A DNA stretch of 64,000 nucleotides. Source: Schmidtea nova (lineage: Eukaryota). Under the pieces are notes generated by a model. It had not been told where the DNA came from. It searched no databases and saw only the letters and a program-made list of their open reading frames with translations. Shown piece by piece: positions 1 to 14,500 of the stretch. The stretch lies in the NCBI GenBank assembly GCA_044892505.1, contig CM097883.1:391406001-391470000 (forward strand), given 5' to 3'. A program made the translations under genes and the position numbers. How positions within the stretch are numbered: the stretch's first letter is position 1; each line of letters starts with the position of its first letter.

Positions 1-473
1 ACTTTTCTCAGAATGACAAATATTCACTACCATTATTAAAAGGGGTTTAACTGAATTAAATCAATTTATAAAGAATTTCCTTTTTCCACCTTACATAAAT
101 ATTTCAAAATATAACCTATTGAATTACATAATGTTATTTCTAACAGTCACTAATTGCCTATCAGTTCTATTATAACCAAGTTAATATTTAATGTTAATTG
201 CTCATTTTGCATTTATTCATCTGACAATAAGGCTGTTAAAAGTGATTTCCCAAAAATTATTTTAGAAGATATTTCTTTCTCGAGAATTATTCAAGCACAT
301 GAACTGTGTGAATCTTAGGCGATTCGATTAATTAGAATTTTGTCCTATAATCTTTTGATTCATTTGATCTGTCTTTTCTTTTACAAATAGATTTTGGTAT
401 TCATTTTGGCACAAACTAGGTAGTTTATTCATTTATGGTATTATTAAACAATTCCAATTTATATATAGACTAT

Positions 474-1336
474 TTATATATTGACCAAACACGTTGAATT
501 TTCACGAAAATAAGTGAAAACTTTTACCCATATATTTTCAGGAGATAGTTTGGAATCCAACCAACTCGATAAGTTATTTTCAGCATAGTTCTTAAATAGG
601 CAAAACTCATCAAACATCAAATCTCTATCAACTAATTCATTGAATTTTTCTCCGAACTTTTCCGTAGCATAATCAATTAATTTTTCAATGTCATCCCATG
701 TTGGAGAATTATACATTATCATCCACATAAAAGCCTGTGTTCCGTCCAGTGCATTTTCCCACATACTCAAGTAATAACCTCATAGAACTCAGCGACCTTA
801 ACTTTTGCTTCATTTTGGGTACGTTCATCAAGATTTTGAAATTCCAAAAGCGATTCTCTGGGTAAAAAACAAAAATTTTGGCGATTAGCCAATTTGTCCT
901 TAAGAATCTTCAACTGATTATCAATCTCAAATACTGTTATATTTGAACTTTCAATGATTTTAATTGAGTCGTTGAAATTGTATACACTCACTTGACAATT
1001 AAATAACTTAAATTACAGAAAATAATTAATTTTCACTGTTGAATCAAATATGGTAAACAATCAGAGTAATTCCTATGTAGAAACTATGCACTTTTTTCCA
1101 CCAACAGAAAATTTAAATTTCATTAGATCGTTAGAAATTTAATTTCATCAGAATATTATATTTCACATCTAAAGTATTTTTAAAAATAATTAAACTAAGT
1201 ACAAAAATAATTTGTAAAACAAAAAATTTTAAACTCTTCATGAAAAAAACGGACAAAATCTTTGCAAAAACATACAACGGACAAGTGATGAAAAAAACGG
1301 ACTGTACGTTGAAAATAGTCACATCTGGTCACCCTA
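474..1336 (-). mobile_element. Degenerate, internally deleted hAT DNA transposon (one end plus frameshifted transposase fragment)
   Basis: Minus strand starts TAGGGTGACCAGATGT (1336-1321), a hAT-type terminus, with subterminal AAAAAAACGGAC repeats. ORFs 767-991 and 474-770 join by a frameshift into a sequence resembling the hAT region upstream of the dimerization domain (FDEF..FKNY...W...F.YF). The other end is not visible. Confidence 0.55.
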
Positions 1337-2785
1337 ACTATACTAAATAAATAAGATTATCATTTCTCAAACAGAATGGGAATTTTATCTTTCTTTCACG
1401 TGCAGTTTTGACCTGACCATTCTTTGTCAACAATTTTTATTAATTAATCCTACATGTATTAGTCTCATTAGAAAAATCAGGATTAATTCTATGATCACAT
1501 TCGCACAGAAATGAAATTACTTTTCTCCTGATTTTCATTTTTTTCTAGGAATAAATACACAACAAAAGAGTCCTTATTTAGTATTGTTGTTCATAATAAT
1601 TTAAATGATGTTATAAAATAATTATATTTTAATTTAGGTTGCTTTCTGAAAAATTTTGAAAGGAATTCAGAAGTGATAGAATTATATGGAATCGTACAAT
1701 TCATTAGAAATTTGAAGTTTGTTTCCATTTGCTATATAATTAAAATATCTCGGGTCTCTATAAGTTAATAATTGCTGATAATAATATCTGAGTTTTCGTA
1801 TTATATCATTAATATGACTTGGTACATACAGAAGTGTAGCTAGGAGGCAGGGAGAGCAAGCTGCCCTGGGCGCCATCATGGGTAGCTCCAGAAGAGGATT
1901 CAATGTATTCGTGTTTGAATCAAACTTTTACAAAGTTCGCTTCAGAAGTCAATAAGAAACAATTGTAGTTTCCTTACGTCGTCAATATTACTGTTTTAGC
2001 TGATTTTGATAGCATAGGGTGACAGCAGAAAATGCTCTTATGCTCATTCGGATGTGATTATATGTGACTTAGCTGCATGCGGGAACCCCCGCATTAATGT
2101 CATTAATTAAATAAATACATCTTGCTACCTGGATGCGACTGACTTCTGGCTGAAACATGGTCTTAAACAATAGAAGTCTATAGTCTGACTCGAAATAAAT
2201 ATCTGACTCAGACTGAATCTGGGTCACCAATACCAATGTCAAGTTTCTACAAAATTGCATCTGGTATTAAAATTTAAATAATGCTGTCCCATACATACAG
2301 TGCATTCCATGCACTCAATGATTCACTTCTGTTTGTTTCGAGACTGCCCTACTTAAACGGCAGGATTATAGTATGTAGTACTAATATGTTTTAATTTTTA
2401 TGTGATTGTCGTCCTCGTTATTTTTCAGTGGCACGTGGTACTATGCTCAAATGTTTCAGTGACACGAAGGTGGCACTAAATACTGTCGATAAGTCTNNNN
2501 NNNNNNNNNNNNNNNNNNNNNNNNNNNNNNNNNNNNNNNNNNNNNNNNNNNNNNNNNNNNNNNNNNNNNNNNNNNNNNNNNNNNNNNNNNNNNNNNNNNN
2601 NNNNNNNNNNNNNNNNNNNNNNNNNNNNNNNNNNNNNNNNNNNNNNNNNNNNNNNNNNNNNNNNNNNNNNNNNNNNNNNNNNNNNNNNNNNNNNNNNNNN
2701 NNNNNNNNNNNNNNTTTAGTTTATTTTTATGATTGTTTATCACTGTTTTGATTATGGTATTATTATATGATTGTGGCAACAACAT

Positions 2786-3500
2786 TGTACCCCCCTTTTT
2801 TGTGTGTGCTAATTTTTTATGATTATTATTATTATTATTATCCTAATTTGAATTAAAATTCAACTTTCAAATTTTGAAAGCTTACTATAGTAATAAACTA
2901 TAGTAAGCTGACAATTAGAAAATTGAAAAATTGATTTTAAAAAAATAATAAATAAATTTAATTACAAGTTTAATAACTGGAAAAATTAAACTAAAAGAAA
3001 CCTTTCCAAATCGACAGAAATTAAAAGAAATCAAAATTCAAAATAATAATCCGAACATAAAAAACAGAATATTATCAATTCAAAAGAAGAACCACATTAA
3101 TTACGTTGGATTTTTCGGCAATTAACTGGCCGAACTTCAAGAATTAGTGCCTGTTGAAAGAGAGAGAACAATTTGGAAAAAAGAGAACAATCTGAAAGAG
3201 AGAGAACAATTTGGAAGAAAGAGAACAATCTGAAAGAGAGAGAACAATTTGGAAGAAAGAGAACAATCTGAAAGAGATAGTTTGGGAAAAATCAAGGGCA
3301 AAAAAAAGTGCCAGCCGGAAAATCTTAAAGAAAATCCAAAGGAATATTCAGAGAATAGCTATAAACAACTGTGAGTACGAGTTGAGTCTATCTTTTGTTG
3401 GCTAAATTTTAATAAAACTTTTTGGATATAATTTGTTAGTTAGTTGGTTCATTAATTTTATAAATCAATTATTTATTATTATTGTACTCGCACGACACAG
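2786..3500 (+). mobile_element. Probable solo-LTR-like repeat
   Basis: Begins TGT plus a C-tract and T-tract. 2790-2950 aligns by eye with the reverse complement of 16730-16886 upstream of the Gypsy gag, including a 13-bp hairpin. No TSD confirmed and the right boundary is approximate. Confidence 0.4.
3156..3275 (+). repeat. 38-bp tandem repeat, about 3 copies
   Basis: Unit GAAAGAGAGAGAACAATTTGGAA(A/G)AAAGAGAACAATCT starts at 3156, 3194 and 3232. Confidence 0.9.
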
Positions 3501-3899
3501 CATACATCTCAAGTGTCCCCACAATAATCGGGCTGACTCTTTCGGGCTCTTCACTCCTTCCATAAACACACATTCACAACTTAAACATCAAAATAAATAT
3601 TAAAAAACATAATCATCACAACATAATACTATACAATATACCCCACTATATTATAGAACTTTACATATATATGTATATATATATATATTTGAAAAAAATT
3701 TGTCGGATGACTTTTCGTTTTTAAAAAGTAAAGCTTTGTGATACCCAGTGAAAATCCCCAACAGCAGACTAGTTTCGAGCTTTTGGCTCTCATCAGTGCT
3801 ATGTTTCTATAGATATTTCAAGGGCGCTGAACTCAAAAATGTTATCCAAAATACTTTACACTTCCTTTATCTCGGACTTAAGCATTTATCAATGGCTAC

Positions 3900-4640
3900 T
3901 GCGTTCTATCCTAATGACATTTTTATTTTGAATATCCCAGATGTATAAAAAGCAGAAGTACTTTGATAACCACTTTGCATACTTGAAAGTAAGTCAAATA
4001 CTTTCAAATCACCACAAATAACCCACCCTTGTTCTTCATATTTGATCAATTTCAGTAATATGTGACACAATTAACTTATAATTATTGAAAAATATCGAAT
4101 GCAATAATATTCCGACTAACAGTATTCACATCCTAATTCATTCATTAGTATAGTGATATGTGTACCGTAACATTTGTATTATACATCTTATAAACTTAGA
4201 CAGATCCTGATGGCGAGTTCTATAGAATTAAATTTGTGTATCATGTGCTAAATCCCACTTTTAATTTTGATCCAAGTACGTCTGCACTTTCTTTAGTTAA
4301 AGATAAATTACGAACTGCATCATTTAATTCTTTTTGAGTAATAAGTAAGTTTATGTTCACACAAATTCTGAATCACTAGATTCTGTTAAACATAGCAAAC
4401 TTGTTGAATCACTTTTAGCATCATCATTAGGTTATTGTACACTATCTGGATCAGCTAATGGATTTGTTATAACAAGTGTTCATTACGCGGTGCAGGTTTT
4501 ATAGCAGAAAGTACACCAGGATATTAATTTCTTATTCTTATCTGTATATTCTTTTATGTCTGTCATGGATAAGTAGCAGTCACTGCTGTAATCTTTATGC
4601 TCATACCATACCATTGATAGGGTAATTTGCATGCTTAACC
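3900..4640 (-). pseudogene. Degenerate DNA transposase, Chapaev3/CMC-like
   Basis: Minus-strand fragments MVWYEHKDYSSDCY, LITQKELNDAVRNLSLTKEK and WVICGDLKV match recalled motifs of this family (MVWREPxDHxxDCYFC; LITQxELNDLVRDL; WxICGDLKV). Several frameshifts. Confidence 0.5.
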
Positions 4641-5211
4641 CTTTCTTGTTTAACAACTATGTTAAGCTCGACGTGCGGCTTTTGCAGCAGAATAAAACTA
4701 TTAGAGATAAACTATAGCGGATAACTATTGACAACTTATGTAACAGAAGTTACCCGCATGATTTAAACATCTTTTAATTGTTTCTGAAAAATAAGTTATC
4801 TGAACTTTAAACTTCCGAACTTTAGAATTTAAAATTTTTAATTTTATAACGTCAGTTGTAAGTATGTCGCTTTTAAAACTGATTGACATGTGAAGTTTCA
4901 GTAAAATAATTATTTAATGTTATTAACCAATGATCGACCGTGTCACTGGATGTGGCACATGTAATACTTAGTTACAATCTACAAACAAAAGATAAGAAGA
5001 TGACTTTACAAAGAGACTTTACAAACTTTTTAATTAACGAGTGATCCAATTAGGTGGCTGCTAATTGAATAGCATTTGCATTTCATTTTATCAAGGATAA
5101 TAAATTTGGTGACATGATAACTCAGAAACCTGACGTGATAGAAAATTTCCAGTCACATTTTTGAAATTAACATGACTGAATTCAATGAATTACAAATATT
5201 TGGTTGCCTAA

Positions 5212-6002
5212 TGTAATAAAAATGCTGAGGATACCTAAATAGTAAATAATATTATAAATAATTGGAAAACCTTGAGGGGAAACTGATAGATGATTGAGCT
5301 AGCATTCTGGAACTTGAGGAAGAAAACGAAAAGGCAAAAAATTGAAAGATGAGGAAGGAGTAACAAAATAAAAGAAATTAAACAATAAAACAGAGAAAGG
5401 TCACTTACAATTAATAAGTGCAAGAAAATCAACACGGAATTCCTGATTTGGGAAAACAAAAACAAAACCGGTATCTTGACAGATGTCAAAGATAACATGG
5501 GAACTGGGGAAAACATGGAGAAATGCCAGCGAGAGAAGGAAAAAAAGTAAATTTTCCCGAGTGCCGAACAACTAAGGCAATATGAGAGCAAAAAGCAAAT
5601 TGGAAATGCCAGCGGCAGGGATATAAGAAGATGTAAAGCACCACAAATGGCGGAGAATGACAAACTATAAAAAGGGAGAGACGACAGTTTTAGACAGAAG
5701 TTTTGGAAAGGAAAATTTGTGAAATAAATTATGGAGAAGACTTTTGGAGAAGTACTTGTAAACTAGTTTGTAACAGAAAAATTGTGGAGAGAATTGCAGA
5801 GAAAATTGATCGATAAAGGTTTATTGTGAAATTGATTATTGAAATTTATTGTAAGTTGATTTTTGAGAAATTTGTTGAATAGTTTGTAAGCTGAAGTTCA
5901 AGTCAAAGCAAAGAAAACAAATAGTTGGTTACCCATTATTGAATACAAATCAGTAGTTGGTGGTCGTTAGATAGAAATTATAAACGAGTGCTATTCCTCA
6001 CA
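5212..6002 (+). mobile_element. Possible solo LTR
   Basis: GA-rich block of about 790 bp with TG...CA ends and an imperfect terminal inverted repeat (TGAGGATA / TATTCCTCA). No TSD found. Confidence 0.3.
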
Positions 6003-6789
6003 ATAGTGTTGTAATAACTTATTACTAATAAGCACTGTATAATTGCATTTTGGATCTCTCTGCTGGAAATTGTTAATATTTTGTTATAAGTCGCCAACTT
6101 GCTAGATTCAGTTACGATTCATTCAAAAAATCATTAACGAAGCTGTTCTTGATTGATCTAGCTTTCTCATAAATGCCCATATCCAGATGGACTTGCCGCA
6201 GCACTTTGGTGACATAAATGCTGTAGCTTACTTTACGCTTGTGAATTTTTTTCTCTATTTGCTTTGATAGCTTTAGGAGCCATTGTGGACTTTAATCACA
6301 TTATCAATTGGTACACAATTTTAATAATCTGATAGAATCTGAAATTAAATTCTTTAGAATATATAACATGAAAAAGACCATACTCTATATATGACAATAC
6401 TATACATAATTCAGATGACTTTCCATTTGCCATTTCAGAATAAATTTCCATCAAATAAATTCGATATCGAGTCTAAATTTTACACAATGATTTGTTAAGA
6501 TCCAAAAATTAACAAGGCATATAATGGAATAGTTTAATCAATAATAACAATAATCAAATATTTCAAAATTTTATTTCCATTAAACGTTAAATTCATAACA
6601 ATTTTCAAAATCAATTTTTATCCAAAAAAACCTAAACAAGATTATCTTTAATAAAAACCCAAGTTTCAATTTTCCATAAAGATATTTGGCCGAATAAGCA
6701 AGAAAAGAGCGCACACAGACGCGAACAAAAATTAACTAGTCAAAGCATGCATGCATACGCACTTAGATTGATAATAAGCTTTCGGCTAA

Positions 6790-7560
6790 AACTAATCTAC
6801 ACACTATATTACTAATCCACGCACTATATTACTAATATAAACACAATTACTAATCTAAACACTAAAAAAACCAATACAAAAGAAAAGATTTTGAAAGGAA
6901 ATATTACAAATAGGAAATAAAAAATATAAAGAAGACTAAGTTCGAGTTTTAAAAAGTCACAGTACTTATTCAAAATAATAAGTATAACCAAAAAACGTTA
7001 CTTAAATAACGTATTGACTGGTAGTTTTTCAGAGCAGTTTTATTTTCAATTTTAGCAGTTGGTATTCCTTTTCGTTTTCTCTTCTTAACAATCAAACAAC
7101 AAATGATATTCAACTTATTAATAATTTTCAAAATATTAGATATGATTACATCTTCTATTTTTAACGAAACCAAAACACGAGAACTGAAGATCCAACTAGC
7201 TAGTTATTAGCTACAATAAACACATGTTTAAATATAAAAGCTTTCAAATCCTGTAATTTCTCAAAATCCAAATTCAAGTATTGAGATCACATCCGACATC
7301 CAATGAATGTTTAGAAATTATTACGACATTTTCATTACCAATTGCACACAAAAGAATTCATCCCACTGAATTTCGTCCTTTTTGTAGTTTTGAGTGGATT
7401 CGTCAGTTGGATGCGCTTTCATGTGGGTAATAAATTTTATTTTATTAAATTAAAAATAGTGTGTATATTAGTAATTTGGTTTATATAAATAAATGTAATT
7501 AGTAATATAGTGTTTATATTAGTAAAATAGCGCGTGGATTAGTAATATAGTGTGTGGATA
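6790..7560. repeat. Inverted pair of subrepeat arrays (ACTATATTACTAAT units), probably the arms of a non-autonomous DNA transposon
   Basis: 6797-6845 ACACACTATATTACTAATCCACGCACTATATTACTAATATAAACAC is mirrored in reverse complement at about 7505-7560. Confidence 0.55.
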
Positions 7561-8524
7561 AGTGCTGACCACAAGCTATCTATCTGAGCTCCACACCCTA
7601 ACGCAGTCAGATTTAAAGAATTTCTATCTGGCTGCAGCCGAAACAAGTAAAGTTAGCTACCAAGTGAGAAAGGGAATTAATGATTTCAGCATCGAATTCA
7701 TACTTTTTTCTATGATACACTCACGTATTCTGTACTTCAGTTTCATGTATGGTGTGCAGAATTTCTCTTACCTGCAACATGAATTAATTAGAAAAATTTG
7801 CTTATTCATTATATATGATTCAATTTATCTTTCGGTAAAGTTAATTTTTAAATTACTTTAATTAATTTTTCTAATCATTTGCCATTAATTTACTAAAACT
7901 GTGAGCATCCGTCATTGCGCCACATTGCACCGCATTGAGCGTTATTGTGTGAATTAATTGATTGATTAAGACAATCAAATTTATTTTAATTCTATTTTTA
8001 TCCAAACTCAGTGATTTTAACAATATTTTAATTTGAATTTTTACTATAATTTAAAAAAAGATATTCTCTTTATTTTAATGCTATTTTCACCTTGATCATG
8101 CTTTTTCGTATTTAAACTGCTATGATCTATCCTCATTCTATTTTCTTCCGATCCTTCGTATGTAAATTCGATCTGCAATCAAATTGTGTGCACTCTTTTT
8201 TATCGTTTTTCCCTATCTTGATGGATTTATGAAATGCGGTTTGTATGTCTACTATGTTGTGCTAGCGATCTTTTGTGTTTTATTATTTTAATTAATCTTG
8301 TTTAATGATCTTCTTATATTATTTTTTAATAAGTACCATTTTGTGTTCTTGTTGGTTTTAAATTAATTTATTACGGCGAGTGTGTATTTTCGGCGCATTT
8401 AAACAAATCAAAATTTTTACTTCACCAAACAATATATGGGTAGTAAGTTCAATAAACTCCCCAAATATTTAGACAAATAACTGCAGATTTTACTAGGAAA
8501 TTTATTCATTTTAGAATAATTTAG

Positions 8525-11500
8525 GTCGTATAACAGAAATGTCTATGAAATTTTAGATAATGAAAATATATACTACAAAAAAGTTATCATTTCCATATCA
8601 AAATCTGTGATTGTTTTCTTTTTACTCATTCCATTCGGAATTTGTGATTCTCAGGTAATTCGATTTTTAATGTAAAGATTTTTAATCGAATCCAGGAACT
8701 ATTTGCATACGAGTTCCAGTCAAACAGTTTGAAACCACTTAAGTCAAATGACTATTTTGTAAGTAAAAATTAAATTTCGTGATACTATTCCTTTTTGCGC
8801 TTTGTTTACCTTATAAAATTAGTTCAAATTGAGAATTTAGTACTTAAAGTGCTAAAATAAAAAAAGAAGCAAAATCGTTCTTTCTTATTATATATTTAAC
8901 AAATCACTACAAATTTCAAAATAATTAGATGTATTGGTTAATTTTTTGTATCAAATTATCATTTTAATATCAATAATTTCCATAATGGTAAGACTATAGA
9001 TCAAAATTTCTTTAAACAAGTACACAATATTTCGCTACAGCTTTTATAACAAACTTGATAAAGGCTCTGCCGAAATATTATGTACTTGTTTATAGAAATT
9101 TTGATCTATAGTCTTACCATTATGGGAATTATTGACATTATTATTAAAAAAAGATCAAAAGTGAAACAAAAAGATAATTATGATAAATTATCATTTGATC
9201 AGGCTGTTTCTGAATTCAAATTACACCTATACCTCGTTACACGGCCTAGGTAAATTTTTAGAAAATTGGCCATAAAGCGAAATACCGAATAACTAAGTAT
9301 GCCAAAAAATTGTTCAGTTTTTCTCTAGCAAAAGAAGAATTGCTAAAATTTTGTTAGGACTGATTAGTTATTCGGCTTGTCGATATAACACCAGTTTTAT
9401 AAGAACATACAAAGGCCGTATAACGAGCGACAGATGTATTTCAAAAAATAAAACTTTAAAATCTCTAAAAATAAAAATAATTTTTCAAATTTAATTTAAT
9501 TTCTTTATTCATTACCTTTAAAATTCTCGAAAATCTACACTTTTGGCTAAATCTATCATTTTTGAAAATTACCATTATGGTGGGTTGCTGATAGCCAATA
9601 TGACCTTGACTGTTACTATGGGTCAAAACATCAACAACTCAACTCATAAAACTTTAAATAAACATCTACAGTGTAATGTTGGTACTGCAACAAATGGGTG
9701 GACATTCGCGAAAAATGAGCCCTGAATAAATCGAAACTGTAATTGGCCGAAAATCGCGGACGTGTTCAAGGACGACCGATAGAAGGTGTTATGTCCATTT
9801 CAGTTTCGGACTCAATCTTCATTCTCTAACTATTCATTAACCCTTTGAGTCCGACAAGCCGGAAAACCGGCTTCAAAAAAAAATTTTCAAAATAATAAAT
9901 TTTCATAATCTGGCTGAATTGTTGTTTGAGACTGAGCCTGGATACCAAATTTGGCTTGATTATCTCAAGCAGTTCAAAAGTTATCGGCATAGTTAGAAGC
10001 AGATAAGTGACAATTGCTTTGGGCATGGGAGCTCAGGAAATGGGAGAAATTAGGCCAGGGAGGCAAGGGTTCAAAGAGTTAAGATTCTTATGAGAGTTAA
10101 GATTAAACAAGCTTTATAATTTTCTTATTAATTAATAAATAATCAACAAACAAAATAACTACTTAACGATTTATTAAATGTTTCGTACAACTAGACGTCA
10201 ATACAAAATTATTAACATATCGAATCCGATCATCATAAACATCAAAAAGTGAACAAAACATTCGTACTATACAAGATTTATTTCCATGTACATATTGTAA
10301 ACCCATAAACAAAACAGAAGCAATAAAATCATATTCATTAGTGTCAAATTTCTGCAAAATCTTTAAAATATTGGCTCTCACTTTCACCAAATTTTCGAAT
10401 TTAATAAATGTTTTCGCATTATTGATCAGAGTTTATGAATGAATTTTTCCTTTTTATGTTTATTTTTTATCAATGACATGGAGTTTTCAGTTAAGATAAT
10501 TTTAAATACGATATTCTAATTTAAATGAACTACAGTATTATAATAAAAATTTTACTTTTGTCTTTGAATACAGTACTGAATTTCAAAATAAAACTCAGTA
10601 AGATTCCAGACATAATTAATTTGAACAATACTTGCCCTTGGCCAACTCAACTATTCCTAATACATCAATGTATAAGATGAGGTGTACGAGGATTTATGGG
10701 CGTTGCCGTTATGAAGAAATAGGCCTGCTAAATTGCATGATTTCAACTTAACGACGATCCAATTTGGCTACCTGGTTTGCACGGCTCGTAGAACCAGCAC
10801 CAACTTCGGAAGGTATGGAAGCAAAAATTAAGTTGATAATAATATATAATAGAAATAAAATTTTAGATGATCATTTTAGCAGTATGCGAAAAATACTGAC
10901 GCAAAATAAATATTAATAAAATTTAAAAAAAATAAAGACATTAAATATAATATTATTATCAATAATTCTCATAATGACTATAGATCAAAATTTTTTATTT
11001 ATAAACAATAACACAATATTTCGGCACAGCCTTTATCAAGTGTGTATTTATATATTATCAATACACACTTGATAAAGGCTGTGCCGAAATATTGTGTTAT
11101 TGTTTATAAAAAAAAATTTTTGATCTATAGTCATTATGAGAATTATTGATAATAATATTAAAAAAAGATCAAAGGTGAAAAAAGATAATTATGATATTAA
11201 ATATAATGAATTTTAATTTTCATAATTCTAATAAAGCAATTAACCTCAATGATAAATGACATAATTGTAAAAACGGAATAAAATACCTAGTATGGTGTTA
11301 ATAAAATAAAAGAAATATAAGTATTGATAAAAGAAATAAAATACCTGGCATGGAACTATCGGGCATGATCGGACAGTTCTATGTCTATTTACGAAGACAT
11401 ACTCCTTACATTTCGATGGCTTGATTTGGATAGCTGATGTTGTTGATTGACAACCACAAAACTTTAGGAAGGAAATAATATTTTTTTTGTTTTCTTAACA

Positions 11501-14500
11501 AACTTGATAAAGAAAAACTGATGATTTCAGTTTCGATAAATAGCAACTTAAATATTAGTTCTCGCTGGTTATTTTCATTTATGTATTTAAACAAGTTTGC
11601 TAGGTCGAATTTTTAAATTTTTTCCGAAATTAAATTTTCGATTTTATTATAAATTAAATTATTATTTTATGAAATATTTTATAAGGGTTTAATATAAATT
11701 TAATTTATCAAAAACTTTTATTCTAAATCAAATATTTTGCAAATTTACCAAAATCTAATAAATTAAATTAAATTCTTTTTCTTTTATATTTTAGAGTTTA
11801 TTCTTATAAAAATGGAAAGATTTTTCCCAGAAAACATGTAAATTTTTCTTAATATGTAATTAAATTCTGTAATTAGTGTTTTTATGTTATGCTTGTATTT
11901 TTACGTGTTTATATGGTGCGTTTTTGTTCATTTTACTTTTTAAAACATGTTTTATTTAATTTTTTTGTTGTGTTTTGCCATTAATTTGTTTACTTGGTGT
12001 TTTCTCATTACAAATTTTAAATTCGTTGTGTGCGCGATCTCTACATGCTATATTTTTGCTTCAATAAAACAAAAACCTGTTTAGTTTAGATTTTTCCAAC
12101 AGTTATCTTTTACTTTATCCTTTGATCTTTTTTTATTTCAATAATTTTTACAGTAAAATTTGTAAGATTATATGAGCCGTTGATTTTGAAAGTGAGGCAA
12201 GTCCATATTAAGTTATGTTTGGACAATTAATGGTTTCTCTTTGAACGAAATAAAAATATTAGTAAACAAGTAACTAGTAAAGAATTTATATATTATCAAT
12301 AATTCTCATAATGACTATAGATCAAAATTTTTTTTATAAACAATAACACAATATTTCGGCACAGCCTTTATCAAGTGTGTATATATAATTGTAAATTGAT
12401 TAGAAACAAATTTTAAGTTAATTTCTAGTGAAAATCAGATGTAACTCTTAAAACAAAATAGACTTGCCCCACTTTTTAAATCAAAGGCTCATATATCAAA
12501 AAGATTTAACCAAATATTAATATGAAAATTAATGAAAAAAAGATCAAAGATGAAACCGAAAGATAATAATGATTAAAATAAATAATGAAATACTGCAAGT
12601 TTCTTGTAAAATATTTTAACATTAAATGTATATCTTTTAAATGATTCAACTTTAACAACATTTCAAAATCAGAAATCCAATTTTTGGTGCAATACAATAA
12701 CGGCCATGATCGTGATAATGACATTATTGATTTTGCTAAGTGCTAGATTTTTGAAAGAAAAAGAATTTGATGAGATCTATTCAAAAATTAAAGCTAAAAT
12801 TCTTTTGGGAAATGTTCTTATGATAATTTCTGTTCTGATCTGTGGATCACTTGAAAGTTATCGCTTGAGCCTGCTGTGGACAGTTAATAATTCTACGATC
12901 ACACCGAATTATAAAAATGTAACAATCGGTAAACCTTTTGTATTATATTGTTAATGAATATGTTAAATTAAAATTAAGTTAAAATTAAATTAAATTGTTA
13001 TCAAATAGCATTGAAAAATCATCTTATTTAAATGACTGAGGAGTTAATAAAATAAATATTACATTAATTAGTATTATAATAATATGTAAATATGTTTAAT
13101 ATGAATATCAACCAAATAAATGTGAGCAATTGTTTTTGAAATCATTATTATTTATTTATGAAATCTCCAGTGATAGTTGTTTAAATAATCTAGAAAAAGG
13201 CACAAAATAGAAATTTGATTAAAATAAATATACAATTTGAGAATTGTTATTATATTCTAATGCAGAACGATATCAATGACAGTTTAAAAATTTTTAATGA
13301 AAATTGTACTTACTGTTTCTTGTTTTTTTACGATCTAGTTTTAATTAAATATTCATTATTATGAAATGAATCACCAAAGTCAAAATTTTACTAAAATCAT
13401 AAATGCAACATTTTAATAATAATGGATAATAATAATTATATTTTAATAATAAATTATTATTAAAGTGTTGAAAATGTTTAATTGCATCATGTATTGCTAG
13501 GAGTTCTCTGTCAAAAGTCGAATATCTGATTTGATGTGACTTTAGTTTTTTCGAGAAGAATCCTATTGGTTGTTTTCCAAATTGATTGTCCTGGTAAATT
13601 GTTGCGCCCATTGCAAAACCTGAACAATCTGTTGTTATTTGGTATTCTAATTCTGTATCTGGATATCCAAGTAATGTTGCTTGTGATAGGCTTTCTTTAG
13701 CTTTTTCGAATACTTCGTTGTCTGTTGAGTCCAATTTATTTTGACATTTCGTTTTGTTTTTATTATGTCATTTAGTGGTGCCAATAATTTGCTACAGTTT
13801 TGAATATAAGAGTGGTAAAAGTTTACCATTCCCAGGAATCTTCTCAATTCCCTAGTGGTAATTGGCAATTTTTAATTTTGCTTATTTTGTTTCCGATTGG
13901 TTGTGTTCCTTTTTCGTTTAGGGTATGTCCAAGGAAGTTTATTTCGGTTTTCATGAATTCGCATTTTTGTGCGTTGATTTTTAGTTTTGCCTTTTTTAAT
14001 GTCTCAAACACGTTCTTTATGTCGTTTAAATGTGTTCCCTTGTCTGGGTTAGTTATTAAAATGTCGTCCAGATAGGCGATTGTGTTTTTGTTACTTTTCA
14101 TTGTTTGATCCATGAATCGCTGGAAAGTTGCTGCTGCGTTTCGTAGGCCGAAAGGCATTCGGTTGTATTCAAACATTCCAACCGGGGTTGTTATTGCAGT
14201 CTTTTTTATGTCTTCTTTCCTTATTGGGATCTGATGATATGCTTTTTGCAGATCTAATTTTGAAAAGTACTTTGCGCCCTTTATTCGGTTGGTTATGTCT
14301 TTTATAATTGGTAATGGATAGCTGTCTGGCTCTGTGATTTTGTTTAATAGTCTGTAATCACCACAGGCTCTTCATTCACCATTTTCTTTTTGTTTTAATA
14401 TCAAAGCGGAAGACCATTCTGAATTTGAATGTTTAACAATGTTGTTTTCCAGCAATTCATCGAAAATATTTTTCGTAATTTCTATTTTTTTGGGATCCAG

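Noticed and set aside
474-991. Overlapping ORF pair as a bacterial or phage-style coupled operon
   Set aside because: Better explained as one frameshifted hAT transposase next to a hAT terminus.
4925-5170. Degenerate THAP domain
   Set aside because: Only fragments (VTGCG, FHF) in different frames; too weak to call.
5235-5663. 142-aa hydrophobic ORF
   Set aside because: Antisense of a GA-rich LTR-like block; the composition explains the open frame.
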